Source: Polyangiaceae bacterium (GTDB lineage: Bacteria > Myxococcota_A > Polyangia > Polyangiales > Polyangiaceae). Taken from it: a stretch of 25,431 bases of DNA. The stretch lies in contig JBGANF010000115.1 of the NCBI GenBank assembly GCA_044222475.1, forward strand, positions 1-25,431. Direction: 5' to 3'. The position numbers were made by a program, and so were the translations under genes. This document shows, piece by piece, positions 16,426-25,431 of this stretch. Positions within the stretch are counted from its first letter, which is position 1; the number at the start of each line of letters is the position of its first letter. The notes below the pieces were generated by a model, which saw only the letters and a program-made list of their open reading frames with translations, was not told the DNA's origin and did not search any database.

Positions 16426-17745
16426 GTGATTTGCCTTCGCCGCACCCTCCTCGCCGTCGCTTTTCTCGCGTCCGCCGTCACCGCGTGCGGTCCCGGCGCA
16501 AACGCGCCGACCCGCCCGCCGATCGCGGAGAAGTGGATGGCCCGCGCGAAGGCGAGCTACCTCGCCGCCGATTTCGAAGACGCGCGCACCTCCGCCGACG
16601 AAGTCCTCAAGATCCTCCCGCACGACGAAGAAGCCCGCGTGCTCGCGGCTCGCGTCGCGCTCACCCGGCTCGACTTCGCAGCGTCGGTGAAATACGCGGA
16701 GGGCATCCAGACGTCCGAAGCCGCGGGGCTCCGCGGGCGCGCGCACTGGTACGCCGGCGAGATCGACCAAGCCGCCGACGAGCTCGACGCGATGCTCACC
16801 GATCCCGCGGTGAAGGACCCCTGGGCGAAGGACGTCGCGCGCCTCGCCCGCAAGGGATCGGGAAAGCACCCGTTCCGGATGGAGGGCGGAGTCGTCGCCC
16901 CGGTCGACATGCCGCCGGCCGGTGCCGCGCTCGTCGTCCCCTGCGAGCTCGACGGCGAGCACGTGTTCGCGATGATCGCGACCGGCGCACCCGAGGTCGT
17001 CGTCGACTCGACGACCAGCACCGACCCGCGCTGGGTCTCGCTCACGTTCGGCCGCATCGAGGTGCAGGACGTCCCCGCGATCGCCCAAGATCTCAGCGGG
17101 CTCTCGCGAACGATCAATGCCCCAATCAAGGTGCTCCTCGGCGTGAACTTGCTGCGCCACGTCCACGCGACGTTCGATCGCGCGGGATCGCAGTTCGTCG
17201 TCCGCCTCGAGGAGCCGCCGTCGCCGCCGGAAGCGAGCCGCGTGCCTCTCTATTACATCCGCGGCGGTGGCATGCTGATGCCGGCGCAGGTGTCGGCCAA
17301 GGAGGACAGCAAGGGCGCCTTCTACGTCGACAGCACGCTTCCGTACTACCTCGCGCTCGACGACAAGGGCTTCACGCGCGCCGGCGTCGATCTCAAGAGC
17401 CTCCAGCCCGCGCCCGGGATGCCCAACGCGAAGATCGCGCGGCTCCCTGCGTTTCGCCTTGGCGGCATCGACCTCGCGGGGCTCCCCGCGGTCTCGCTCG
17501 GCCCCATCTCCGACATCGCGCCCTCGGTCGACGTGAACCTCTCGGGGGTCTTCGGCGCGTCGCTCCTCGAGCCGCTGCGCTTCACGTTCGCTGACGGCGG
17601 CAAGTTCGCGTGGATCGAGCCCGACCCGTCGATCCTTCCGGCGCCGGGCCCGCCTCCCGCACCGAACACGCCGCCGCCGATGACACCGGTGCCCGACGCG
17701 GTCGATGCCGGCGCACCGGACGCGAAGGGAGACGCGAAGAAATGA
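16426..17745 (+). CDS. Lipoprotein with TPR-like helices and two degenerate retropepsin-like (aspartyl protease fold) domains
   Basis: Lipobox VTAC; TPR-like N-terminal region; VPCELDG...AMIATGAPEVVV...VLLGVNLL..V.ATFD, then FYVDSTL...GVFGASLL...FTF. Confidence 0.7.
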   Translation: MICLRRTLLAVAFLASAVTACGPGANAPTRPPIAEKWMARAKASYLAADFEDARTSADEVLKILPHDEEARVLAARVALTRLDFAASVKYAEGIQTSEAAGLRGRAHWYAGEIDQAADELDAMLTDPAVKDPWAKDVARLARKGSGKHPFRMEGGVVAPVDMPPAGAALVVPCELDGEHVFAMIATGAPEVVVDSTTSTDPRWVSLTFGRIEVQDVPAIAQDLSGLSRTINAPIKVLLGVNLLRHVHATFDRAGSQFVVRLEEPPSPPEASRVPLYYIRGGGMLMPAQVSAKEDSKGAFYVDSTLPYYLALDDKGFTRAGVDLKSLQPAPGMPNAKIARLPAFRLGGIDLAGLPAVSLGPISDIAPSVDVNLSGVFGASLLEPLRFTFADGGKFAWIEPDPSILPAPGPPPAPNTPPPMTPVPDAVDAGAPDAKGDAKK

Positions 17746-18248
17746 GCCACCCGCCGATCGCGCGCCTCGCCGTGTACGCCGGGAGCTTCGATCCCGTCAC
17801 GCTCGGTCACACCGATCTCATCGAGCGCGCCTCGGCGCTCTTCTCCGACGTCGTCGTCGCGCTCGGCGTTCACCCGACGCGGCAGCCGCTCTTCAGCGTC
17901 GACGAGCGGATCGAGCTCCTCCAGAAGGTTTCGAACCCGTACCCGAACGTCCGCGTCGAGTCGTTCGACGGCCTCCTCATCGACTTCTGTCGCCGCATCG
18001 GCGCCCGCGTGATCGTCCGCGGTCTCCGCGCCGCGACCGACTTCGAGTACGAGCTCCAGATCGCCCACGCCAACGCCGACCTCTACCCCGAGGTCGACAC
18101 GATCTTCCTCCCGACGCGCACGAAGCACGGGTTCGTGAGCGCGTCGCTCGTGCGCGAGATCGCCAGCCACGGCGGCGACGTGAGCCGCTACGCTCCAGCG
18201 GTGGTGGCCTCGGCGCTCAAAGTGAAATTCGGAGCCAAAACCCCATGA
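17742..18248 (+). CDS. coaD: Phosphopantetheine adenylyltransferase (168 aa)
   Basis: AVYAGSFDPVTLGH, RGLRAATDFEYELQ, SASLVREIA; ATGA overlap with upstream stop. Confidence 0.97.
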   Translation: MSHPPIARLAVYAGSFDPVTLGHTDLIERASALFSDVVVALGVHPTRQPLFSVDERIELLQKVSNPYPNVRVESFDGLLIDFCRRIGARVIVRGLRAATDFEYELQIAHANADLYPEVDTIFLPTRTKHGFVSASLVREIASHGGDVSRYAPAVVASALKVKFGAKTP

Positions 18249-19090
18249 GCTCGATCTCCTCCCGCGTCGACGAAACCGCGAACGCCGTCCGCGCCAAGCT
18301 CGATGCGCGGTTTCAGAAGCCGCGCGTCGGCGTCGTCCTCGGCAGCGGTCTCGGCGCCTTCGGCGACAGCCTCGGCGGGCCGAAGATCCCGTACGCGTCG
18401 CTCCCGCATCTGCCTTCGTCGAAGGTCGTCGGTCACGCGGGCAACTTCTGCTTCGGCGACGTCGACGGCGTGAGCGTCGTCTGCATGCAAGGCCGCGTGC
18501 ACTACTACGAAGGGCACACGATCGAAGCGTGCGTCCACGGCGTGCGCACGATGGCGCGCCTCGGGGTCACCACCGTGCTGCTCACGAACGCGGCCGGCGG
18601 TTGCGAGCCGTCGTGGGCCCCGGGCGACCTGATGATCGTCACCGATCACCTGAACCTCGCCGCCACGTCGCCGCTCATCGGCCCCAACGACGACGCGCTC
18701 GGCGTGCGCTTCCCCGACATGACCGAGGCGTACGACGGAAAGCTCCGCGCCGCGCTGAAAGAGGTCGCGGCGGCGCACGGAATTCCCCTGCGCGAGGGCG
18801 TCTACGCGTGGCTCACCGGTCCCTCGTACGAGACCCCCGCCGAGATCCGCATGCTCCGCACGCTCGGCGCGAACGCGATCGGCATGAGCACCGTCCCCGA
18901 GGTCGTCGCGCTGCGCCACATGGGCGTTCGGGTCGGTGCGCTCTCGTGCATCACGAACCTCGCCGCGGGCATCTCGAAGACCACGCTCGATCACAAGGAA
19001 GTGGAAGAGACCGCGCGCGCGCGGCGCGAGGATCTCCTGAAGCTCCTCCGCGGCTGGATCGTGCGCGCGGGGGCGGAGAAGATCGCGTGA
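18245..19090 (+). CDS. punA: Purine nucleoside phosphorylase, trimeric PNP-I/XapA family (281 aa)
   Basis: VLGSGLG, GHAG, QGRVHYYEG, TNAAGG, GPSYETPAE, GMSTVPE, ITNLAAG. Confidence 0.95.
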   Translation: MSSISSRVDETANAVRAKLDARFQKPRVGVVLGSGLGAFGDSLGGPKIPYASLPHLPSSKVVGHAGNFCFGDVDGVSVVCMQGRVHYYEGHTIEACVHGVRTMARLGVTTVLLTNAAGGCEPSWAPGDLMIVTDHLNLAATSPLIGPNDDALGVRFPDMTEAYDGKLRAALKEVAAAHGIPLREGVYAWLTGPSYETPAEIRMLRTLGANAIGMSTVPEVVALRHMGVRVGALSCITNLAAGISKTTLDHKEVEETARARREDLLKLLRGWIVRAGAEKIA

Positions 19091-19509
19091 CCGCGCCGGT
19101 CGTGCTCGACGAGGCGCTGCTGGGGAAGCTCGTCCACGAAGCACGCCGGGCTCGCGCGAACGCGTACGCGCCGTACTCGAACTACCGCGTCGGGGCGGCG
19201 CTCGCCGATGCGCGGGGTCACGTCTTCGGCGGATGCAACGTCGAGAACGCGTCGTTCGGCGCGACGGTCTGCGCCGAGCGAAACGCCATCGGCGCGATGG
19301 TCGCCGCGGGCGGCTCGAAGCCGATCGCGATCGTCATCGTGACCGGAGGCGACAAGCCCGCGCCGCCGTGCGGGATGTGCCGTCAGGTCCTGATCGAGTT
19401 CGCGCGATCGATGCCGGTGATCCTGATCGGCGAGAGCGACCAGGGAGACGTGCGCCGCGATCTCGAGCTCGCGGATCTGTTGCCGGAAGTGTTCGAGCTG
19501 GAGAGCTAG
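19087..19509 (+). CDS. cdd: Homotetrameric cytidine deaminase (140 aa)
   Basis: AYAPYSNYRVGAAL, GCNVENAS, CAE, PCGMCRQ, LLP; GTG start overlaps upstream TGA. Confidence 0.95.
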   Translation: MTAPVVLDEALLGKLVHEARRARANAYAPYSNYRVGAALADARGHVFGGCNVENASFGATVCAERNAIGAMVAAGGSKPIAIVIVTGGDKPAPPCGMCRQVLIEFARSMPVILIGESDQGDVRRDLELADLLPEVFELES

Positions 19510-19598
19510 AACGTTCCGGTGAGCATGGCGTCGCGAACGAGCCCAGAGGATGGCGGTGTTCCTCGATTTCCTCTCGGGCAACCGATAGAGTCGACTCC

Positions 19599-21302
19599 AT
19601 GAGCGGGTGGGCTCGATCGCTTGCGCAGGTCGGCGCGCTCGCCGCGCTCGCCGCGACGCTCGCTGGATCCGGGTGCATCGGCGTCGCGCCGTACGGCGAG
19701 GCGCTCGTCTTCGTCGACACCGACGCGCGGGACGGCCGGTACGTGAACCGCATGCGGATGGACCTCTACTCCGCCGATGGTTCCAAGTGGATCGACTCGC
19801 GCGACGTGTCCCTCCGCGACGACCGCGACTGGCCCGCGAGCTTCAGCCTCTACGACGAGGACACGGAGCACGAGAAGGTCGCGCTCCTCCGCATCCGCCT
19901 CTACGTGGGCGGGCACGAGCGCGACTACCACGGCGAGCGCCTCACCAACCGCGAGGGGGGCGGCGCCGCCGGAGACTCCGCGATTCCGAAGGCGCCCACC
20001 TGCGGTGACCCCACCGAATGCGAGCTCCCGCGGCTCGAGAGCGGTGCCACCCCACGCTCGGAGCCCGACCCATACCTCGCGAACGATCGTCTGGTGCGGA
20101 TCCGCCTGACGCCCGGGGTCCGCGGCTCGCTGCACCTCGTGCTCCACGGTGCGTGCATGGGAACGATGGCCGACGTGGCGACACAGCGGACCTGCGTCGA
20201 CACCGACGGTGTCTACACCGACGTCGTGGAGGCCACCCTCGATCCCGAGATGTCGGCGCCTCCCCTCGTCAACGCAACGTTCGGTGCTCCCGAGCCGTGT
20301 CCCGCCGACGCGAAACCCCGCGCGCCGACGTCCGGCAAGAGCCTCTTCGACTCCGAGGTCTGCATCGACGGCGGCACCTTCCTCTTCGGCAACGCCACCT
20401 TCGCGAGCCCGACGACCGAGAGCGGCGCTCCGCAGCGCGTCGCGCGATTGCCTGCATTCTACATGGACAAGCACGAGGTCACCGTCGGGCGCTGGCGGGC
20501 GGCGCTCGCTCGGAACTTCGTGCCGCCGGCAGCGCCCACCACGAACGACACGGCTCTCGTGCGTGACACGTGCACCCCGCCGCCTCCGTACGATTCGCGG
20601 TGGTGCACCTACACCACCAAGGCAGGCGTGCCGGAGGACCGCGAGCGCTACCCGCTCTCGTGTGTTTCGTGGGAGGCGGCGCGCGCGTTCTGCAAGTTCG
20701 AAGGTGGCGACCTCCCTACCGAAGCGCAGTGGGAGTACGTCGCGCAAGCCGTGGGCCGCGAGGAGAAGTCGGACTTCCCGTGGGGGAACGACCCGCCCAC
20801 CTGCAAGCCGGGGTCACCGATCGACCGTGGTGTCTTCAACCGAATCTGGGAGTGCGCGGGCACTTGGCACTCGGTCGGGTTCTGCATCGCAACTCGGGGG
20901 AACACCGATCGATCGACCTCCTGCAACCCGGGGAACAACGGGAAGGAGCTCTGCGGCACCGCGCCACCTTCGATCAACCCGCGTCAGGGCCCGCAGCCCG
21001 AGGACGCGACCGACTTCGAGGGTGGCGATCGATCCTTCGGCGCGGGTGTCGTGAACATGTTCGGCAGCATGAACGAGTACACGCTCGACTCGTTCTACTC
21101 TCTCCAGAGTCGATGCTGGGCAGCGGCACCGCAGGTCTCTCCGGTCTGCCTCGACCCCGGCCAGTCGCTGCACACGCTGCGGGGAGGATCCTGGGTCACG
21201 GCCGTGGCAAACGGCGCGCGACTGAAGCCCGAGAAGCAGGCGCTCTCGGCGTCCCCACCCCAGATCGGGTTTCGCTGCGTGCGCCCGTTGGAGGCCCGAT
21301 GA
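19599..21302 (+). CDS. Lipoprotein with C-terminal FGE-sulfatase (SUMF1/EgtB/PvdO family) domain (567 aa)
   Basis: Lipobox GSGC; FYMDKHEVT, P.SCVSW..A..FC, LPTEAQWEY, FPWGN, NMFGSMNEY, RGGSW, GFRCVR. Confidence 0.88.
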   Translation: MSGWARSLAQVGALAALAATLAGSGCIGVAPYGEALVFVDTDARDGRYVNRMRMDLYSADGSKWIDSRDVSLRDDRDWPASFSLYDEDTEHEKVALLRIRLYVGGHERDYHGERLTNREGGGAAGDSAIPKAPTCGDPTECELPRLESGATPRSEPDPYLANDRLVRIRLTPGVRGSLHLVLHGACMGTMADVATQRTCVDTDGVYTDVVEATLDPEMSAPPLVNATFGAPEPCPADAKPRAPTSGKSLFDSEVCIDGGTFLFGNATFASPTTESGAPQRVARLPAFYMDKHEVTVGRWRAALARNFVPPAAPTTNDTALVRDTCTPPPPYDSRWCTYTTKAGVPEDRERYPLSCVSWEAARAFCKFEGGDLPTEAQWEYVAQAVGREEKSDFPWGNDPPTCKPGSPIDRGVFNRIWECAGTWHSVGFCIATRGNTDRSTSCNPGNNGKELCGTAPPSINPRQGPQPEDATDFEGGDRSFGAGVVNMFGSMNEYTLDSFYSLQSRCWAAAPQVSPVCLDPGQSLHTLRGGSWVTAVANGARLKPEKQALSASPPQIGFRCVRPLEAR

Positions 21303-22751
21303 AGCGGGGCGTGCTCGCCGCGGTCGGCGCCGTCGTCGTCGTCGCTCTGACGGTCGGTCCCAGCGGTTGCGCGTTCAAGCTTCCGCCGGTCGGCGAGGTG
21401 ATCGTCTACGTCGACACCGACGCGCCGGTGCCGCCGGGCGACGGTCGTGCGCCATCCTTGACCGACCCCGCACCGTTGTTCGACACGATCCGGTTCGACG
21501 TCTTCGAGCCCGGTGCCAAGGAGCCCTGCAAGGGGTGCACTCGAGAGTTCGACGTCGACAAGGCCAAATTCACGGCGCAGAGCGTCTCGATCGGGATCCC
21601 CGCGAAGGAGGGCGCCTCGGGCTATCGCGTGCGGGTCAGCCTCTATCTCCACGATTGGCTCGTGCCGTGTTTCTCGCTCCCCGCCGAGCAGCAGGCGATC
21701 TACGCCGACTGCGTGAAGGGGAGCGCCCTCGTCCCGCACCCGGCCGCGACAATCTCGCGCACGTTCGCGCTCCCGGTGACGCAGGACGGCGTGCTGCAAG
21801 AGGTCCACACGTTCCTCGCGACCGAGTCGGTCGGCATCCCCGACGGGACGCTCGACGAGCCGGTGACCGTCGAGGGCGGGAAGCCGCCGCCCTCCCAGGC
21901 GAGCACGTGGGCCGGTGGCGCACGCCACGAGTGCAGCACCGCGGCGCGCCCGGGCGAGGCGTGCGTTCCGTCGGGCGCGTTTTGGTCGGGGAACCCGCGC
22001 GCGATCGTCTTCAAGAGCACCTACAACATCGCGACGTATCCGACGCCACGGTTGATCGTCCTCTCTCCCTTCTTCATGAAGACGACGGAGGTCACGGTCG
22101 CGGAGTGTCGCGCCGAGCCCGATCTCTGCGGCACTCCCACGACGAAGCTCTACTTCGGCCAGTTCTGCACGAACGGTGGTCCCTACTCGCCCAAGGTGCC
22201 GATCAACTGCACCGACGCGACCATCCGCGACGACTACTGCGCCAAGTGGGGAGGCACCGTCGCGAGCGGTGCGCAGCTCGAGTACGTCGGGAGAGGCCTC
22301 ATTGGCTCCACGTTCCTCTGGGGCAACGACCTGCCGTCGTGCAGTGACGCGATGTGGGGCCGCGCGAACTACAACGAGCTCGGTCCTTGCTACACCGCCT
22401 CGCAGGGTCGCGGGCCGTACGCGACCGGGCAGGGAGCGCGCGATCGTCTCGTGCTTCCGACGGGATCCATCGTCGACGTGGCGGGCAACCTCCAGGAGCA
22501 CACGAGCGACGTCCTCGGCGACGGGTGCAAGTGCACTTGGCCCGCAGGCGTGTTGCACGATCCCGTCTGCAAGGAACCCGCCGGCACCGGGTCCGGCCGT
22601 CTGCAAGGAACCCGCCGGCACCGGGTCCGGCGTCATCGGCGGGCTGTGGGCCTCGGGCGCGACCGGCATGGCGCTCGGCGGGATGGGTTGCTACCCGGTG
22701 TACTACCCCTCCGCCGACGTCGGCTTCCGGTGCGCGCGCCGGGGGAACTGA
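21299..22751 (+). pseudogene. Second FGE-sulfatase-domain lipoprotein, frameshifted by a 34-bp duplication (472 aa if one copy is removed)
   Basis: Lipobox PSGC; FFMKTTEVT, QLEY, FLWGN, DVAGNLQE in one frame; the family C-terminus GGLW...VGFRCAR* continues in another frame ending at 22751. Confidence 0.8.
22563..22630. repeat. Perfect 34-bp tandem duplication
   Basis: CCGTCTGCAAGGAACCCGCCGGCACCGGGTCCGG at 22563-22596 and 22597-22630. Confidence 0.95.
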
Positions 22752-22764
22752 CGGAGTCTCGGGG

Positions 22765-23727
22765 CTACCAGTGAAATCCTTGGACCTGCACCCCTCCCAC
22801 GGTTCCCAGTTCGACAGGATACTCCGCCGTCGCGGCGCGGTAGATGAAGTAGCTCCCTATCGAAACCCCTGCGACCAACAGTGCGCTGCCGCCGATCCAT
22901 ACCCATAGCGGGAGCCCTGCACCCTTCTCCTTTTCGAGCGTGATGTCGAGCGAGCGCTCCTTGCGTTCGACGATTACTTCCGTTTGGTATGCCCTGTAGC
23001 CTGGTGCCGTCACCTTCAGCTGGTGACCTCCGAACGAGAGCGTGGCGACCAGTCTCCCGCGGCTCACGAACTTCCCGTCGATGTCGATCGTCGCATCGTC
23101 ACGTGAGGTGACGATCAAGCGTCCTTCCGGCCGTTCGAGTCCGACCGTCTTCACGATCTCGCCTTGGTCCTTCACCTCGAGTGGTTCGCGATACTCGGCA
23201 AATCCGGGCTTGGTTACGCGCAGCGTGATCTTGCCGAAGTCGACCAACACGGGCGTCGCAAGTGGCGTCTTGCCGACGAACTCGTCGTCGACGAAGACGC
23301 TTGCGTCCGCCTCTGGCACGTTCACCCGGAGTGGTGCGACGTATTGCCGAAGCGCGGCGAGTACGTCGTTCGCTTCTTTCCGGTCGTCCTCGGTGAGCTC
23401 ATCCGCAGCCTCTTCTTTGTAGCGGATGAGCAATCGCATGGTGCGAGCGTAGTGGTGCAGGCTCCGCTCGCATGCCGCGACGTTGTACAGCAGCCTCGGC
23501 TCCTTCGCCTTGTCGTAGGCGGCCTCGAATTTCGCGAGTGCTCCAGCGAAGTCGTCGTCCTTGAACAGCACGAGACCAACTTCGTAGTCGGTATGCGCCT
23601 GTCCCGTCAGTGAGTCCGAAAGCGGTCTGACGGGGTGGTCGTCTGCGGCAGCGCCAGCCGAGATGCTGAGGAGAACGAGGCCGAGGGCCAGCGACCGAGC
23701 TGCATGCCCCCACGCCCGAGCAACCAT
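22765..23727 (-). CDS. TPR + PEGA-domain membrane-anchored protein (320 aa)
   Basis: Signal peptide; helical FAGALAKFEAAY...LLYNVA; PEGA motifs ASVFVDDEFVGKTPL and G.HQLKVTAPGY; C-terminal hydrophobic segment. Confidence 0.85.
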   Translation of the reverse strand: MVARAWGHAARSLALGLVLLSISAGAAADDHPVRPLSDSLTGQAHTDYEVGLVLFKDDDFAGALAKFEAAYDKAKEPRLLYNVAACERSLHHYARTMRLLIRYKEEAADELTEDDRKEANDVLAALRQYVAPLRVNVPEADASVFVDDEFVGKTPLATPVLVDFGKITLRVTKPGFAEYREPLEVKDQGEIVKTVGLERPEGRLIVTSRDDATIDIDGKFVSRGRLVATLSFGGHQLKVTAPGYRAYQTEVIVERKERSLDITLEKEKGAGLPLWVWIGGSALLVAGVSIGSYFIYRAATAEYPVELGTVGGVQVQGFHW

Positions 23728-23771
23728 CGATTCAGGCTATCTCGACGCGGTGTCGCCCACAACGGGCGCCA

Positions 23772-23799
23772 TTGCAATTTCGCCGCTACCCTCTAACCT
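23772..23799 (+). promoter_or_regulatory. Putative sigma70-type promoter for a leaderless transcript of the 23807 gene
   Basis: TTGCAA-16 nt-TAACCT, then 7 nt to ATG; no Shine-Dalgarno sequence. Confidence 0.5.
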
Positions 23800-23806
23800 C
23801 CGAACG

Positions 23807-25431
23807 ATGAGACGCGGCGAGTCGATCGCGCTGATCGCCGGCTCGCTCGCGTTCTGTGCCGCGCTCTTGGCCAGCTTCGCTTCCTGCGGTGCGGGGCGGG
23901 CGGGCGTCGGCGGCGAGGTGATGCTCGCCATCTCGACGGATCTCGTGCCCGGAAAGGATCTGGATCGCGTCGACGTCACCGTCGAGCATCGCGGCCGCGA
24001 ACAGCTTCGGGTCAGCCTCCCGCTCGGTGGCAGCAAAGGTCTTCCAGCGACGATTCCGATCACGGCACTCGAAGGAGACACCGATCCGATCACCGTGCAT
24101 GTCCTGGGCTACGCACGGGGCAGCGTGCGCATGACGCGCGACGCGGTCACGACCGTCCCCGACGGCCGCACGGCGCTTCTGTACTTGCCGCTCCAGTACT
24201 TGTGCGATGCCGTGGTGTGTCCGGGGGGACAGACGTGCATCGCAGGCGCGTGTACGTCGCCGAAGATCGACGTGACGACCCTGCCTGACTATGCGTACGA
24301 CAAGGTGTTCGGGATGTGCCTCGATGTCGGCGCGTGCTTCGAAGGAGCAACGCAAGTGTCCCCGGCGATGGGCGACTGCTCGTTGCCGGGGACAGCCGAC
24401 AGCCGCGACAACTACGCCTTGCGACTGCCGTCCGCCGGTACATGCGGCGTCGCCGGGTGCGACGTCGCGCTCGTCGAGGATCCACTGCTCGGGTGGCGTC
24501 GAGGCGGCAGCGACCGACATCACTTGCCGTCGAAGGTCTGCAAGCTGCTCGGCATCGGGGCTCAACTCGTCAAGTCCACGAAGTGCCCCACGCTCACGAT
24601 GGCCACACCGACATGCCAGGCCTCCAACGGAGGAAGGGACGCCGCTGCCCCCGGGGCGTTCGTCAGCTCCGCGCCATTTCAGCCCACGGGCTCGTTCGTC
24701 GTCACGGGCTCGAACATCCTCTTCGCGTCGACGAGCAACGCAGTCGTCCAGCTCGACACGTCGAGCGCGAAGCAGCCAGTGGTCCTTCACCAGTCGATCG
24801 CTCCGCTCGGGGTCGATATCGTTTCCGCGAAAGACGAGGTGATTGCGACGGATGGTGTCGACGCCGCGTGGGCCGCTGGCGGCGCGACCCCTGGTGTTTG
24901 GACATTGCACGATGGTCAAGTCGCCCAGCGTCTGATTGGGCCCACCAGCAGCGTCGTCATGGATCCGCGTCAACCCGGCGTCGTCTACTACGTGATTTCT
25001 ACAAACGGCCCTCTGACACTTGGTCGAGTGAGCTCCGATGGAACGAATCAGGCAACGCTCTCCTCGGCTCCCGACGCCGGCGGCTTGGGCACCCCAAGGC
25101 GGGTCGTCGCCGCAGATGACGTGGCGGTGTTCTGGCTCACTGAATCCGGCGTCTTGGACCCAAAGGCTTTGATGGAGATGTCACCCGCTACGGTGGGTGG
25201 CGCGCAGAAGTTCCTGACCAACGTGGGCGGTACCCCGTCCGGTCGGGAGCTTCAGGGCTTTCAAGTGATCGCCAAGGACATCTACTGGTTCGACCCACCC
25301 AGCGCGGTGAAGCGGACTTCGACGATCGGAGGCGGCAGTCCAGCGGTCGCCACGATACCCGCCTCGACGTGTGCGTTCGCCGTCAACGAAACGTACCTCT
25401 ACTTCTGCGACGCGAGCGGAGCCTACGTGGT
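23807..25431 (+). CDS. Lipoprotein running off the right edge (absent from ORF track because no stop); Cys-rich middle and propeller-like C-terminal part
   Basis: Manual translation from ATG 23807: MRRGESIALIAGSLAFCAALLASFASCGAGRAGVGGEVMLAISTDLVPGKDLDRV...CDAVVCPGGQTCIAGAC...AVFWL...DIYWFD...YLYFCD; no stop found to 25431. Confidence 0.8.
   Translation, partial: MRRGESIALIAGSLAFCAALLASFASCGAGRAGVGGEVMLAISTDLVPGKDLDRVDVTVEHRGREQLRVSLPLGGSKGLPATIPITALEGDTDPITVHVLGYARGSVRMTRDAVTTVPDGRTALLYLPLQYLCDAVVCPGGQTCIAGACTSPKIDVTTLPDYAYDKVFGMCLDVGACFEGATQVSPAMGDCSLPGTADSRDNYALRLPSAGTCGVAGCDVALVEDPLLGWRRGGSDRHHLPSKVCKLLGIGAQLVKSTKCPTLTMATPTCQASNGGRDAAAPGAFVSSAPFQPTGSFVVTGSNILFASTSNAVVQLDTSSAKQPVVLHQSIAPLGVDIVSAKDEVIATDGVDAAWAAGGATPGVWTLHDGQVAQRLIGPTSSVVMDPRQPGVVYYVISTNGPLTLGRVSSDGTNQATLSSAPDAGGLGTPRRVVAADDVAVFWLTESGVLDPKALMEMSPATVGGAQKFLTNVGGTPSGRELQGFQVIAKDIYWFDPPSAVKRTSTIGGGSPAVATIPASTCAFAVNETYLYFCDASGAYV

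Noticed and set aside
5313..21298. N-terminal extensions in the ORF track (5313, 10786, 12603, 17610, 17705, 18529, 19233, 20570)
   Set aside because: They overlap neighbouring real genes; internal starts with ATGA/GTGA overlaps, -10 boxes or domain boundaries fit better.
19599..22751. Diversity-generating retroelement targeting the FGE-sulfatase C-termini
   Set aside because: No reverse transcriptase and no template repeat differing only at adenines in the window; the two C-termini are broadly diverged. A remote DGR cannot be excluded.

Overview
GC-rich window whose gene content (Cys-rich lipoproteins, PEGA and FGE-sulfatase-domain proteins, a Hanks-type kinase) suggests a myxobacterium of the Polyangiaceae/Labilithrix type; the taxon is inferred. 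Housekeeping genes are a prolyl oligopeptidase, an SDR, a 3-hydroxyacyl-CoA dehydrogenase, a thiolase, a DTW tRNA-modifying enzyme, coaD, a purine nucleoside phosphorylase and cdd. They are mixed with many accessory lipoproteins. Notable items: (1) a stand-alone, minimal LanM-type dehydratase domain (DUF4135-like) with catalytic motifs apparently intact, no cyclase or obvious precursor, overlapping a DTW gene; (2) a nested REP/BIME-like palindrome cluster with compensatory substitutions, plus a solo copy; (3) a DEDDh exonuclease-WYL fusion; (4) a TAnnnT box 6-9 nt before ten start codons, pointing to leaderless mRNAs; (5) two perfect tandem duplications, 140 bp around tRNA-Gln(TTG) and 34 bp frameshifting an FGE-sulfatase gene, either real or assembly artefacts. 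All domain calls are motif recognition by eye; no searches were run.
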